A DNA stretch of 64,000 bases. It comes from Acidobacteriota bacterium (GTDB lineage: Bacteria; Acidobacteriota; UBA6911). The stretch is from contig JAISUT010000047.1 in assembly GCA_031271905.1 (NCBI GenBank), positions 26,350 through 90,349 on the forward strand, given 5' to 3'. Shown piece after piece: positions 28,555 to 41,430 of this stretch. The position numbers were made by a program, and so were the translations under genes. The notes beneath the pieces were generated by a model. That model had not been told where the DNA came from. It made no database searches and saw only the letters and a list, made by a program, of their open reading frames with translations. Position 1 is the stretch's first letter; every line of letters begins with the position of its first letter.

Positions 28555-29262
28555 ATGATCGAGCGCTGGAAGGGGATGTCCCGAGGCGAACGCCTCAAAT
28601 GGCAGGTGGTGATCGCCTTCATGACCGTAGCCGTCTACGGGCTGGCGGTCTACCCGCCGTTGCACAAGGATTACCAGTCGGCGAAGAACATGCTGAACCG
28701 GAGCCGCGACCGGATGGAGAAACGCGCGGACATCAGCAAGGTGAGCATCGAAGGGGTCGGCCCCGCCGCCTTGGAAAAGAGGATAGCCGAGGCGCGGGAG
28801 AAGCTCGCGGCGATCGAGGGCGATTCCGAAGACCTCGACTCCTGGTTCCCCGCGTCCGGCGACAAGGAGGCGCGCCAGCAACAACTGTTGGAACTCGCCA
28901 CGCTTTCGGAGCGGATAGGCATGGAGATAGTGTCGATCACCGACAAGCCGGCGCCCGGCGCCGGCGGGGGGAACAAGACAAAGCCGGCCAAGAAGGCGTC
29001 GAAGAAGGACGCGCAGGAGGACGATGCCGCGAAGGCGCCGCCGCCGCTGGAGGCGGCGCGCCCCCGCCTGGTCATCAAGGCGAACGCCTCGTTCACCCAG
29101 GTGTTGGAGTTCCTCGACGGATTGGCGGATCTGTCCTTCATCACATGCGCGACGAACCTGAAGCTCTACGCCTCGCCTGCGGACGCCCCCGGCGGCGCGC
29201 GCGACAAATCGTCGAAAGCGAAAGCGGGCAGGCTTTACGTGATCCTCGAGGTGTCGGTCTGA
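28555..29262 (+). CDS. PilO/GspM-like inner-membrane assembly protein
   Basis: 235 aa with one N-terminal TM (WQVVIAFMTVAVYGLAVY), a coiled-coil, and a C-terminal alpha/beta domain. Position between the PilMN fusion and GspE supports the call. Confidence 0.45.
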   Translation: MIERWKGMSRGERLKWQVVIAFMTVAVYGLAVYPPLHKDYQSAKNMLNRSRDRMEKRADISKVSIEGVGPAALEKRIAEAREKLAAIEGDSEDLDSWFPASGDKEARQQQLLELATLSERIGMEIVSITDKPAPGAGGGNKTKPAKKASKKDAQEDDAAKAPPPLEAARPRLVIKANASFTQVLEFLDGLADLSFITCATNLKLYASPADAPGGARDKSSKAKAGRLYVILEVSV

Positions 29263-29263
29263 C

Positions 29264-30922
<1,659 letters not shown>

Positions 30923-30925
30923 GCG

Positions 30926-32158
30926 ATGCCGCAATACCGATATGTGGGTTTGGACTCAGGCGGCGCCGAGCGGCGCGGCGTCATAGAAGCCGAGGACGGG
31001 AAGGCCGCCGCACGGCTCTTGCGGCAACGCTCCATCTTCCCCGAAAAGGTGTCGGCCGTGAATGCGGCGGCGGACGGAGACGGAGTCGGGCCCCTGGCAC
31101 ACCTCAACCCTCTCCGGCTCCTGTCGCCCGGCGTCAACGACATGGTGACGCTCTACCGGCAACTCGCCATGATGTTGCGGGCGGGCATCCCGCTGGCGAC
31201 GGCGCTGGAGGAGTGCGCGCGGATGCAGCAACGGCTCACCTTGGCGCGCGCGATCGGGAGGGTGAACAAGAGGATCGCCGAAGGGGCGTCGTTCGCCGCC
31301 GCCTGCGGACAGGAGAAGCGGATATTCCCCCCGCTGGCGACCAACCTCATGGCGGCGGGGGAGCAGAGCGGCAACCTGGAGATGGTGTTGGACAGGCTGG
31401 CGGAGAGCATCGAGCGCAGCCATGACATCAAGCGACAGCTCATGTCGGCGATGTTCTATCCGTCCTTCGTGCTGGTCGTCGCGGCAGGCATCGTGGTCTT
31501 CATGGTGGTGTGGGTCATCCCCAAGTTCTCGACCTTCCTCTCGGCGCGCCACGCCGAGCTGCCGGCATCGACCCTGATGCTGCTGGACTTCGCGCAGTGG
31601 GCGCGCGACTACGGCATGTACGTCTCCGGGGCGTTGGGGGGTGCCGTGCTCCTGCTCCTCGCGGCATACACGACCAAGGCGGGCAAACGGCGGATAGACG
31701 CCTTCGTCTTGCGGATCCCCGTCATCGGCGCCGCGACGCTGGTGGCGGCGATGGCGCAGGCGTCGTGGAACCTCTCCATGCTCATACGGAGCGGCATCAC
31801 GATCCTCGAGGCGTTGCGCGTCCTCGGGCGGGTGGTCGGCAACCTGGCGGTGGCGGACTGCTTCAAGGGCGCCGCCGATGAATTGCTCAAAGGATGCGCC
31901 TTGTCCAAGGCGTTCGAGCGCCAGAGGCACATCACGCGGATGATGCGGCAGATGGCGGCGGTCGGGGAGCGGAGCGGCGAACTGGACGCGGTGATGCGGG
32001 GGGTGGGCGAGTATTACCAGAAGGAGCTGGCCTCGAAGCTGAAGTTCCTGGTGGTCGTCATCGAGCCGACGCTGATATTGCTGACGGGCGGCATCGTCTT
32101 CTGCGTCTACTACTCGCTGTTCCAGGCGGTCATGGCGGTTTCAAAGGGGGGGATGTAG
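30926..32158 (+). CDS. gspF: type II secretion system protein F / PilC-family inner-membrane platform protein
   Basis: 410 aa. Duplicated GspF domain (LYRQLAMMLRAGIPLATAL...) and three TM segments. Confidence 0.9.
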   Translation: MPQYRYVGLDSGGAERRGVIEAEDGKAAARLLRQRSIFPEKVSAVNAAADGDGVGPLAHLNPLRLLSPGVNDMVTLYRQLAMMLRAGIPLATALEECARMQQRLTLARAIGRVNKRIAEGASFAAACGQEKRIFPPLATNLMAAGEQSGNLEMVLDRLAESIERSHDIKRQLMSAMFYPSFVLVVAAGIVVFMVVWVIPKFSTFLSARHAELPASTLMLLDFAQWARDYGMYVSGALGGAVLLLLAAYTTKAGKRRIDAFVLRIPVIGAATLVAAMAQASWNLSMLIRSGITILEALRVLGRVVGNLAVADCFKGAADELLKGCALSKAFERQRHITRMMRQMAAVGERSGELDAVMRGVGEYYQKELASKLKFLVVVIEPTLILLTGGIVFCVYYSLFQAVMAVSKGGM

Positions 32159-32160
32159 CG

Positions 32161-32736
32161 ATGTCCATGGAACGTATGCGGCGCAAGTCCGGCGTCCGCC
32201 GAATGGCGGTGCGTCTGCTGGTTTGCGCATGGGCGGCGACGACCGCCCCGGCGGTTTCCGCCCAGGCGTCACAGGCGGGGGGAGGCGTGGGCGCGGCGGT
32301 GGAGGAGGGCCAGCGGCGGCGAGACGACGCCATGCGCAGGGCGTTGGACGTGGACGCGGACACGGCGAGCGAGGACGAGGGGGGCGCAGGGGGGCGCGGC
32401 GCCTCGCGCCGCCCCGCCCCGCGCGAGGAAGCCCGACCGCTGCGCGACCCGTTCTCGCCCGTCGGCGCATTTGACGACGCCGAGTTCCGCGCCGGCGGGA
32501 TGCAACGCGCGCAAGACATCCCCAAGATGCGCTTGCGCGGGCACCTGAAGGTCAGAGGCGGCGAGACGATCGCCTTGCTGGAGATCGTGGGCGGCGGCGT
32601 CCACATCGTGCGCGAAGGGGACACGGTGGGGCTGTACGACCTGGGGCTGGATTCGGTGATCCGCATACGGAAGATCGACAAGCTGCACCTGGTGGTGGAG
32701 TCGGGCTCCCTGGGCAAAACCATCATCGTGAGGTAG
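32161..32736 (+). CDS. exported PilP/GspC-like protein
   Basis: Signal peptide, an Arg/Asp/Gly-rich linker, and a C-terminal beta domain (IALLEIVGGGVHIVREGDTVGLYDL...). AGGGGGGG RBS. Confidence 0.4.
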   Translation: MSMERMRRKSGVRRMAVRLLVCAWAATTAPAVSAQASQAGGGVGAAVEEGQRRRDDAMRRALDVDADTASEDEGGAGGRGASRRPAPREEARPLRDPFSPVGAFDDAEFRAGGMQRAQDIPKMRLRGHLKVRGGETIALLEIVGGGVHIVREGDTVGLYDLGLDSVIRIRKIDKLHLVVESGSLGKTIIVR

Positions 32737-32749
32737 GAGGGGAGGGAAA

Positions 32750-34677
32750 ATGCGGTTGCCATCGAGAGAAAGTCGCAAACGGGCGGGGACGGGCGCGGTC
32801 ACGCGCAGGCGGCCGCAGACGGCGGGCAAGTCCATCGCCTGCGCGCTGCTCCTGCTGCTCGCGACCACGCCGGGCGTCGGCGCGGTCGCCGCACCCCCCG
32901 AAGACGCCCCGTCGCAGGAGACCGTCCTCGACACGGTGGAGTTCAAGCAGGCGCGGATACAGGACGTGGTGCGCACCATCTCCGAACTGACCGGCGTCAA
33001 CATCGTCGCGACATCCGAAGCCGGCAGGAAGGAGGTCACCCTGTTCGTCCGCAACGCTTCGGTCGCCGAGATCGTGGACAGCGTCTGCCGCATCGCCAGC
33101 CTCTGGTACCGCTACAACCCTGAAACCGGGGTGTTCATCGTCATGACCGCCGAGGAGTACCAGAAGGACATCGTGGTCTACCGCGACGAGCTGGTGCGCA
33201 TCTTCCAACTGCAATACCTCAACGTCGGCGTCGCCGCGCGCGTCGTCGCCGACCTGTTCGGCGACCGGGTGGAGCTGCTCGGGCGCGCCAACCGCCACCT
33301 GGGCGACGACTTCCGCATCTCGTCGTCGGACGCCGACAGCGAGTCCGTCTTCGAGGACGACTACGACGAGGGGGACATGGAGGGCGGGAGCGGTTACGGC
33401 GGCTACAACGGCTCGTCGGGCGGTTATGGTTCGAGCGGGCGGCGGCGTTCGCGCTCCTCGTCATCCTACAGCCGCGACTCCCGCTACGGCAGTCGCAGCC
33501 AGAGGGGCGATGAGATCCAAGGGCTCAGGGACGAGAAGCTGACGCCGGAGCAGATCGCGCGGCTGGAGGCGAGCACGGCGGGTTCGCAGATGGTCGCCGA
33601 GGGGACGGTGGGGCGGATCGTGCAACGGGGCGAGTCGGCGACCATCTACGTGACCGTCAACCGTCCGCACAATTTGCTGCTGGTGCGCACCTCGGACGAA
33701 AAGGCGATGGCGGAGATCGAGAAGATCATAAAGGCCTCCGACCGGCAGACGCCGGAGGTGCTGCTGGAGATGAAGGTGCTGGAAGTCCGGCTGACCGACG
33801 AGTTCCAATCGGCGTTCGACATCAGCGGCCTGACGGGCGCCACCCAGACGGGCCCCGCCGACGGACAGCCCGCCAACCCGCTGGACACGTCGTCCAGCTC
33901 GTCGCGCACCGCCGTGCTGGGGCTGGGCAACGGCACGCTGCAAGGCGGGTCGATGATCTTCCAAGTCCTGAGCGGCAACCTGCGCGCCCGCATGCAACTG
34001 CTCGAACGTGAAAACAACGTCAGGATGCTCGCCACCCCCATGCTGCTGGCGGCGAACAACCACCCGGCGCGGCTTTTCATCGGCGAGGAGACGGTCATCA
34101 CGACCGGCTTCGAGACGCAGGGCCAGGGCGGCGGGGTGGACGGCGCCTACATGGTCGTCAACTCGATCCCCGTGCCGGTCACCGAGGTGCGCAGCCTCGG
34201 CAACACCCTGTCGATACTCCCGTCCATCAACGCCGACCGCTCCGTGGTGATGCGCATCGTGCATGAGAACTCCACCATACACCCCGGCGGCGGCAGCATC
34301 CCCATGCCCATCGGGAGCAGGCTGGAAAACGTGGCCGTGGACACGGTGGACACCTCGCGTCTGGAGGGGACGGTGCTGGCGATGGACGGCATGACGGTCG
34401 CGGTGGGGGGGATGATGCGCACCACCAGCAGCAACGACAAGTCGAAAGTCCCGGTGCTGGGCGACGTGCCGCTGTTCGGCTTCCTCTTCCGCGACCAGAC
34501 GAAGTCGGAGGTCAAGACCGAACTCGTGTTGTTGATCACGCCGCACGTCATCAGCGCCCCCGACCAGGGGGAGGATGTGACGCGGCGGAGCCTGACGGGG
34601 TTGCGGGAGACGATGCTGCAACATCCATACGAGTTGGACATCTACATCGACAAGCAGGGACAAGGAGGGGAAGGAAG

Positions 34678-34681
<4 letters not shown>
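32750..34681 (+). CDS. secretin (GspD/PilQ family) outer-membrane channel
   Basis: C-terminal secretin domain ...VPVLGDVPLFGFLFRDQTKSEVKTELVLLITPHVI. N-domains plus an unusual RS/GY-rich low-complexity insert. Confidence 0.85.
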
Positions 34682-35612
<931 letters not shown>

Positions 35613-35613
<1 letters not shown>

Positions 35614-36548
35614 TGGGCGCGGGCATCGTCGCATGGTTGCGCCGGCCCGTCACCCTGGGGCGGAAGCCGCGTCCGGGACGTGTACGCACGCGCCCCACGG
35701 CCTCGGGTTGGGGATTCTTCGCGCTCATCTCCTGCTCTTTCCTGTTGTCGGTGAACTTCACCAACAACTTGGTGTTCACCCTGACCTTCCTGCTCGCGTC
35801 CGTCGCGGCGGTCGGGTGGGTGCATACGCGCATGAACGTCAGGGGCGTGCGCCTCGCCGCATGGAGGTGCGAGCCGGTGTTCGCCGGACAGACGGCGGTC
35901 TACCGCGCGACGGTCGAGAACCTGCGCCGCGAGCGCCGCTTCGACCTGCACGCGGCGCTGTGCGCCAAGCCCGCGCCGGAAGCCGCGTCGAGGGAGGCGG
36001 TGCATGTCGCGGGCGGGGGCGCGGCGGAGCTCCGGCTCTCGCGCCCCGCCCCGGCGCGCGGCCTGCTCCGCGCCGCGCGCGCGGAGGTGCGCAGCGGCTT
36101 CCCGCTGGGCGTGTTCCAGGCGCGGCTGGACGCGGGCGAGCTGCCAGAGTGCCTGGTCTACCCCGCGCCGTCGGGCGGGCAGCCCTTCCCCGACCGGGCG
36201 GCGGACGCGCGCTCGCACCTCGCGTCGGAGGCGGGCGAGTACCGCGACCTGCGACGCTTCGCGCCGGGCGACCCCCTCTCGCGCGTGGACTGGAAGGCGC
36301 TGGCGCGCTTCGACGAGCTTTACACCAAGGAGTTCGACGGGGCGCGGGGGGAGCCCGCGCTGCGTCTGCGCTGGGACGACGTGGCGGCGGGGGACGCGGA
36401 GCGGAAGTTGTCGCAGTTGTGCCAGTGGGCGCTGGAGGCGCACAAGCAGGGCAGGGAATACGGGCTGGAGCTCCCCGGCGCCGTCATCGCGCCCGCGCGC
36501 GGCGAGGCGCACCTGCGGGAGTGCCTGCGGGCGCTCGCCCTCCATTAA
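35613..36548 (+). CDS. DUF58 family protein (MoxR partner; two TM helices plus a vWA-like fold)
   Basis: Two N-terminal TM helices, a conserved ...DWKALARFDELYTKEFD... block; start overlaps moxR stop. Confidence 0.8.
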
Positions 36549-36573
36549 ACGACAGATCATAGGAAATTTCATT

Positions 36574-38658
36574 ATGAACGCCGGTTACGCCCCAGTGCTC
36601 TTGACGCTCGTTTTAGCCGCCCTGCCGAGCCTCGTCCACCTCCCCCTGTGGGTGGGCGGCGTCGCGCTCGGGGGCGCGGCGCTGCGTTGCGCCGGCTGGC
36701 GCAGGCGTTGGCAGGGGAAATGCGCCGGCGCGGCGCTGCTCCTAGCGACTGCGGCGGGGGTGTGGCACAGCTTCGACAGTTGGCTCGGCGGCGACGCGGT
36801 CTTGAGCTTCTTCGTCTGCGCGGTCTTCCTCAAATGGGCGGAGTCGCACACGCGGCGCGAGCATCTGCTGCTGTCGTTCGCCGCCGTCATCCTTGCCGCC
36901 GTCGGCGGCCTGTATTACGAAAACGTCCTCGGCCTCCTGCACATCCTCGCCGTGGTCTTCGCCCTCGCCACGAGCCTGGTCCACATCCACACGGAGGGGG
37001 CTGGGCTGGGCGCGCGCCAGTTGCTCCGCAGCGCGGGGCTGCTGTTCCTGATGGGCATGCCCCTGGCGCTGTTGTTGTTTTTGACCTTCCCGCGCATCCC
37101 CGGCCCGCTCTGGGACGTCGGCCTGGCGTTCGGGCTGCCGGTGAAGGCGATGATGGACAAGGGGCCGGGGGAGTTCGGCAAGCTCAAGACCCTGCAACCG
37201 GGCGGCATCCACCGGGCGGGGCAGGAGAACGAGAACGTGCTGGTCGCCGAGTTCCAAGGGCCGCCGCCGTTCAAGAGCCGCCTGTACTGGCGCGGCCCGG
37301 TGTTCTGGGAGTTCGACGGGGAGAACTGGAACCTGCCGGAGGATTGGGACAACCGCGGGCGCTTGCTGCAAAAGGCGGTGCGCTCGCCTGCCGCGCTGGA
37401 CAGGATGTTGCGTCGCAAGGGCGACCCGGTGCGCTACACCCTGCGGGTGATGCCCAACGGCGGGCGCTGGCTCTACGGGCTGGACGCGCCCGCCGCGCCC
37501 GCGCCGGAGGCGTTCATCTCCGAGGAGATGCAGCTTCTAAGCATCCGCAAGATCGCCGAGCACGAGCCCAAGTTCCCGATGCTCGCGTACCTCGAATACG
37601 GCTTCGGCTCGCGTTTGACCGAGGCGCAGCGGACACGGGGGCTCGCGTTCCCCGAAGGGCAGAACCCCCGCTTGCGTGCGCTGGGGCGCGAGCTGGCGGA
37701 AAAGCACGGGGATGCGGAGGAGGTCGTGCGGCAGGCGTTAGTCCTGCTCGCCGAAGGGGATTACGCCTACGACCCGGCATACGTCATACCCCCATCGCCG
37801 CCGGAGGCGCCCGTCAAAGACCTGCTCGACCGCTACTTCTTCGACGAGCGGCGCGGGGGCGCGGAGTACCTGGCGGGCGCGTTGGCGATGCTGATGCGCG
37901 CGGCGGGCGTCCCGGCGCGGCTGGTGGGCGGCTTCCGGGGCGGGACCATCGTCGCGCTCACGGACTTCGTCATCGTCAAACGCGCCGACGCGCACGCCTG
38001 GCTGGAGGTCTGGCTGGAGGACAAGGGTTGGACGCGGGTGGAGGCGAAAGACATCGTCGCGCCCCCCGGGCCGGAGGAGTCCGCCCCCGCCACCGCCGCG
38101 CCGAAACCCGTCGCACCGGAGGTGCAAGCCGTGCGCGAGGCGGCGGCGCCCCCCAAGCGGCGAACCCCGCAACAGCGGAGCTCTCCATCGTCCCGGCAAG
38201 GTGGCGGCTGGAGCCCTCCCGACCTCGCATCCCTGTTCGGCGACATGCGCAAGTGGGTCATCCGTTACGACCCCGACCGGCAGATGGAGATCTTGCAGGG
38301 GATGGGGATGGAAAAGGGGGGCTGGTCGGACTTGCTGCTCGGGGGCGCGGCGGGCGCGCTCGCGATCTTCGGCGCCTACCTGCTGCTCGCGTGGTGGCGC
38401 GGGCGGCAGGCCGCAGACCCGGTGGCGAAGGCGTGGCGGCGGTTCCTCGCGGCGATGAAAAGGCTCGGCATGGGGAAGGCGCCCCGCGAATGCCCGCGCG
38501 ACTACCTGCGCCGCATCGGGCGGGAGCGGCCCGAGCTGGCCGAGGCGGCGACCGACATCGTCGGCAGGTACATCGACCTGCGTTACGGCGCGGGGGACGC
38601 ACCCGATGCGAAGCGGCTTTTCCGCCGCCAGGTGCACCGTTTCACGTCCATGACCTAA
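36574..38658 (+). CDS. transglutaminase-like family membrane protein (TgpA-like: N-terminal multi-TM, transglutaminase core, and C-terminal TM)
   Basis: 695 aa. Six N-terminal TM helices, transglutaminase core region (...GYAYDPAY..., ...HAWLEVW...), and a C-terminal TM. Completes the canonical moxR-DUF58-tgpA triad. Confidence 0.8.
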   Translation: MNAGYAPVLLTLVLAALPSLVHLPLWVGGVALGGAALRCAGWRRRWQGKCAGAALLLATAAGVWHSFDSWLGGDAVLSFFVCAVFLKWAESHTRREHLLLSFAAVILAAVGGLYYENVLGLLHILAVVFALATSLVHIHTEGAGLGARQLLRSAGLLFLMGMPLALLLFLTFPRIPGPLWDVGLAFGLPVKAMMDKGPGEFGKLKTLQPGGIHRAGQENENVLVAEFQGPPPFKSRLYWRGPVFWEFDGENWNLPEDWDNRGRLLQKAVRSPAALDRMLRRKGDPVRYTLRVMPNGGRWLYGLDAPAAPAPEAFISEEMQLLSIRKIAEHEPKFPMLAYLEYGFGSRLTEAQRTRGLAFPEGQNPRLRALGRELAEKHGDAEEVVRQALVLLAEGDYAYDPAYVIPPSPPEAPVKDLLDRYFFDERRGGAEYLAGALAMLMRAAGVPARLVGGFRGGTIVALTDFVIVKRADAHAWLEVWLEDKGWTRVEAKDIVAPPGPEESAPATAAPKPVAPEVQAVREAAAPPKRRTPQQRSSPSSRQGGGWSPPDLASLFGDMRKWVIRYDPDRQMEILQGMGMEKGGWSDLLLGGAAGALAIFGAYLLLAWWRGRQAADPVAKAWRRFLAAMKRLGMGKAPRECPRDYLRRIGRERPELAEAATDIVGRYIDLRYGAGDAPDAKRLFRRQVHRFTSMT

Positions 38659-38673
38659 GGGGAGGGAATCATC

Positions 38674-39882
38674 ATGCGCGTTATCTTCATTCTGTTGTGC
38701 ATCGCCGCCGCGTCCGCACCGGCCTTGGCCGGGACGCAGGGGGTGACGGAAGACTACGGGCCCGTGGTCGCGGAAATCGTCGAGCGGGGCGACAAGGCGG
38801 TCGCGGCATATGCGCCAGCGGACGCCGTCCCGACCGGGAACGAGTTCTCGCGCCTCTATTTCGACGTCTTCGAGTCGAGCGGCATGGAGTTCACCCTGAA
38901 CCTCAAGGACTCCTCGGCGATGCTGAAGATCGAGTCGGGCTTCAGCTCGATCATCAGCCAGTGCATGCGCGGAGAGCCCAAGGCCGAGGTCGAGAAGACC
39001 TGGGCGGCGATGAAGCGCGACATGGACTACGCCGTCGAGCGCTATTCGAGCGGCGGCGCGGAGCAGGGCTTCCGGGGCCGCGCCGCGCAGTCGTTCCTCA
39101 TCATCGCGCGCGAGGGGTTGGAGGCGATGCTGGTGGTGGTCGCCCTGGTCGCATACCTGCGCCGCTCCGGCTACGCCGACAGGGTGCGGGTCATATGGTG
39201 TGGCGTGGCATGCGCCTTGGTCGCGAGCGCCGCCGTCGCGTGGGTTTTCAACGCCGTCCTCGGCGCGAGCGGAGCGAACCGCGAGGCTATGGAGGGCGTC
39301 ACCATGCTGGTCGCCGCCGCCGTCCTCGTCCAGGTCGGCCACTGGCTGGCGGGCAAGCGCGACGCCGACCGCTGGAACGCCTTCATCAAAGGGAAGATGG
39401 AGCAGGCGCTGGGGCGGCGCAGCCTGTTCGCGCTGGGCTTCACCGCGTTCCTGGCGGTCTTCCGCGAGGGGGCGGAGACCATCCTGTTCTACCAGGCGCT
39501 GCTGGGCGGCGTGCAGGGCGGGCGCGGCGCGATCTGGGTGGGCATGGGGCTCGGGGCGGTGGCGCTGGCGGGAGCATTCCTGCTCATCCGGCTCGCCTCC
39601 GTCCGTCTGCCGCTGGGACCGTTCTTCGGGGCGACGGCGGTCTTCCTGTTCGGCATGGCGTTCATGTTCGCAGGCAAGGGGGTCTTCGAGTTGCAGGCGA
39701 GCGGGTGGATCCCCACCAACGGGATCGAAGGGTGGCCGATGGTGAGCTGGCTCGGCGTATTCCCCACGCGCGAGACCCTGCTGGGGCAGGCCCTCGTGCT
39801 GGCGACGCTGCCGTTGGGCTGGCTGTGGCTGCGCCGCAAGGGGAAGCCGCACCCTGCGCCAGCCGCCGTCGCGGGCAGGTGA
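38674..39882 (+). CDS. FTR1-family high-affinity iron permease with an N-terminal periplasmic extension
   Basis: Two REXXE motifs (IIAREGLEAM, VFREGAETILF), seven TM segments, and a signal peptide plus ~140-aa periplasmic N-domain. Confidence 0.75.
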   Translation: MRVIFILLCIAAASAPALAGTQGVTEDYGPVVAEIVERGDKAVAAYAPADAVPTGNEFSRLYFDVFESSGMEFTLNLKDSSAMLKIESGFSSIISQCMRGEPKAEVEKTWAAMKRDMDYAVERYSSGGAEQGFRGRAAQSFLIIAREGLEAMLVVVALVAYLRRSGYADRVRVIWCGVACALVASAAVAWVFNAVLGASGANREAMEGVTMLVAAAVLVQVGHWLAGKRDADRWNAFIKGKMEQALGRRSLFALGFTAFLAVFREGAETILFYQALLGGVQGGRGAIWVGMGLGAVALAGAFLLIRLASVRLPLGPFFGATAVFLFGMAFMFAGKGVFELQASGWIPTNGIEGWPMVSWLGVFPTRETLLGQALVLATLPLGWLWLRRKGKPHPAPAAVAGR

Positions 39883-39978
39883 CGCGACCGGGGCGCGCAG
39901 ACGCCAACAAAGGCCGTCCCCGCAAAGGGAATTGCGGTATACTTCTCCCATCACATTTTTGAAGGAGGAGGCATTCCA

Positions 39979-40521
39979 ATGAAAAAGTATGTTTGCACGG
40001 TTTGCGGTTATGTACACGAAGGGGACGAGCCCCCGAAGACCTGTCCGGTCTGCAACGCCCCCGCAGCCAAGTTCAAAGAGCAAGGGGCGGGCTTGACCTG
40101 GGCCGCCGAGCATGTCGTCGGCATCGCCAAAGATGCGCCTGCCGACATCCTCGAAGACCTGCGCGCCAATTTCAACGGGGAATGCACCGAGGTCGGGATG
40201 TACCTGGCGTTCGCGCGCGTCGCGTTCCGCGAAGGCTACCCGGAGATCGGGCTGTACTGGGAGAAGGCCGCCTACGAGGAGGCGGATCACGCCTCGCGGT
40301 TTGCGGAACTGCTCGGGGAGGTCATCACCGACAGCACGAAGAAGAACCTCGAGATGCGCATCGAGGCGGAGAACGGCGCCACCGCCGGCAAGACCGACCT
40401 CGCCAAGCGCGCCAAGGCGTTGAACCTCGACGCCATCCATGACACCGTCCACGAGATGGCGCGCGACGAAGCCCGCCACGGCAGGGCGTTCCAGTCGCTG
40501 TACGAGCGGTATTTCAAATAA
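39979..40521 (+). CDS. reverse rubrerythrin (N-terminal rubredoxin-like domain plus C-terminal ferritin-like diiron domain)
   Basis: N-terminal [10 protein letters not shown]...CPVCNAP, then diiron ligand motifs (E...EXXH twice: ECTEVGMY..., [18 protein letters not shown]). Confidence 0.85.
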   Translation: MKKYVCTVCGYVHEGDEPPKTCPVCNAPAAKFKEQGAGLTWAAEHVVGIAKDAPADILEDLRANFNGECTEVGMYLAFARVAFREGYPEIGLYWEKAAYEEADHASRFAELLGEVITDSTKKNLEMRIEAENGATAGKTDLAKRAKALNLDAIHDTVHEMARDEARHGRAFQSLYERYFK

Positions 40522-40642
40522 GGGAACCCCTGAAAAGCTCGCAGACAAGGCGTCGCCGCAGACCGAAAAGCGGAGTTCGCCGAGGCGAATGGGCATTTTC
40601 GACCAAGGCGCAACGCAGCGTCCGGGGTTTTTAGAGGTTCCC
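40522..40642 (+). repeat. copy C of the interspersed palindromic element (most complete copy, 121 bp)
   Basis: GGGAACCCCTGAAAAGCTCGCAGACAAGGCGTCGCCGCAGACCGAAAAGCGGAGTTCGCCGAGGCGAATGGGCATTTTCGACCAAGGCGCAACGCAGCGTCCGGGGTTTTTAGAGGTTCCC. Confidence 0.9.
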
Positions 40643-40780
40643 ATAAGCCCCTGGTTTCCTGTTTTGCCGCAGAGGCGTTTTGCCGGGGGGGGGGGCGGCT
40701 CGCCGCTCCCCCCCGGCATCCGCGCCCCCATCGCCGCATTCACGCATTTATATGACATTGCATTCGGAGTCACTAAGGAA

Positions 40781-41353
40781 ATGGCGCTCATCGGAGCCAA
40801 CGAACTGAAGAAGAAGATGTTGATCACCATCGAGAACCAACCCTACGCGATCATGGACGTCGTCTACGCCTCGCCCACGGCGCGGGGCGCGGGCACCATG
40901 GTGAAGGCGAAAGTCAGGAACCTGATCACCGACGCGGTGCTGGACAAGACCTTCCGCACGAGCGAGAAATTCGAGGAGCCGGATGTCGTCCTCGCGCAGG
41001 CGTCCTGCCTCTACTCGGACGGCGAGAGCTTCCACTTCATGGACGAGACCACCTACGAGCAGTTCTCCCTAGGCGTGGATCAGCTCCGGGACGACGTGAA
41101 CTACCTCAAGGAAGGGCTCTCCCTGCACGTCATGAAGTACAACGGCAACGCCATCGCCATCGAACTACCCCCGTTCGTGGAGCTCGCCGTCTCATCCACC
41201 GAGCCCGGCGGACGCGCCGACACCGGCTCGGGCGGCGCCACCAAGCCCGCGACGTTGGAGAGCGGGCTCACCGTGCGCGTCCCCCTGTTCATCAAGGAAG
41301 GGGAGCTGGTGCGCGTCAGCACGCAGACCGGCGAGTTCGTCTCCCGCGCATGA
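40781..41353 (+). CDS. efp: elongation factor P
   Basis: 190 aa with EF-P signatures throughout (KAKVRNLITD...FHFMDETTYEQ...GGATKPATLESGLTVRVPLFIKEGE...TGEFVSRA). AAGGA RBS. Confidence 0.9.
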   Translation: MALIGANELKKKMLITIENQPYAIMDVVYASPTARGAGTMVKAKVRNLITDAVLDKTFRTSEKFEEPDVVLAQASCLYSDGESFHFMDETTYEQFSLGVDQLRDDVNYLKEGLSLHVMKYNGNAIAIELPPFVELAVSSTEPGGRADTGSGGATKPATLESGLTVRVPLFIKEGELVRVSTQTGEFVSRA

Positions 41354-41430
41354 CCCGCCCCGTCCGCCTGCGCGCGGCGTCGAGCCAATGAATCGCTAAC
41401 TTCCGGCGCGGTTCTGCCGATACGTCAATC

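Noticed and set aside
37738-40830. 1030-aa minus-strand ORF antisense to the tgpA, FTR1 and rubrerythrin genes
   Set aside because: Antisense to three strongly supported plus-strand genes. Low-complexity translation.
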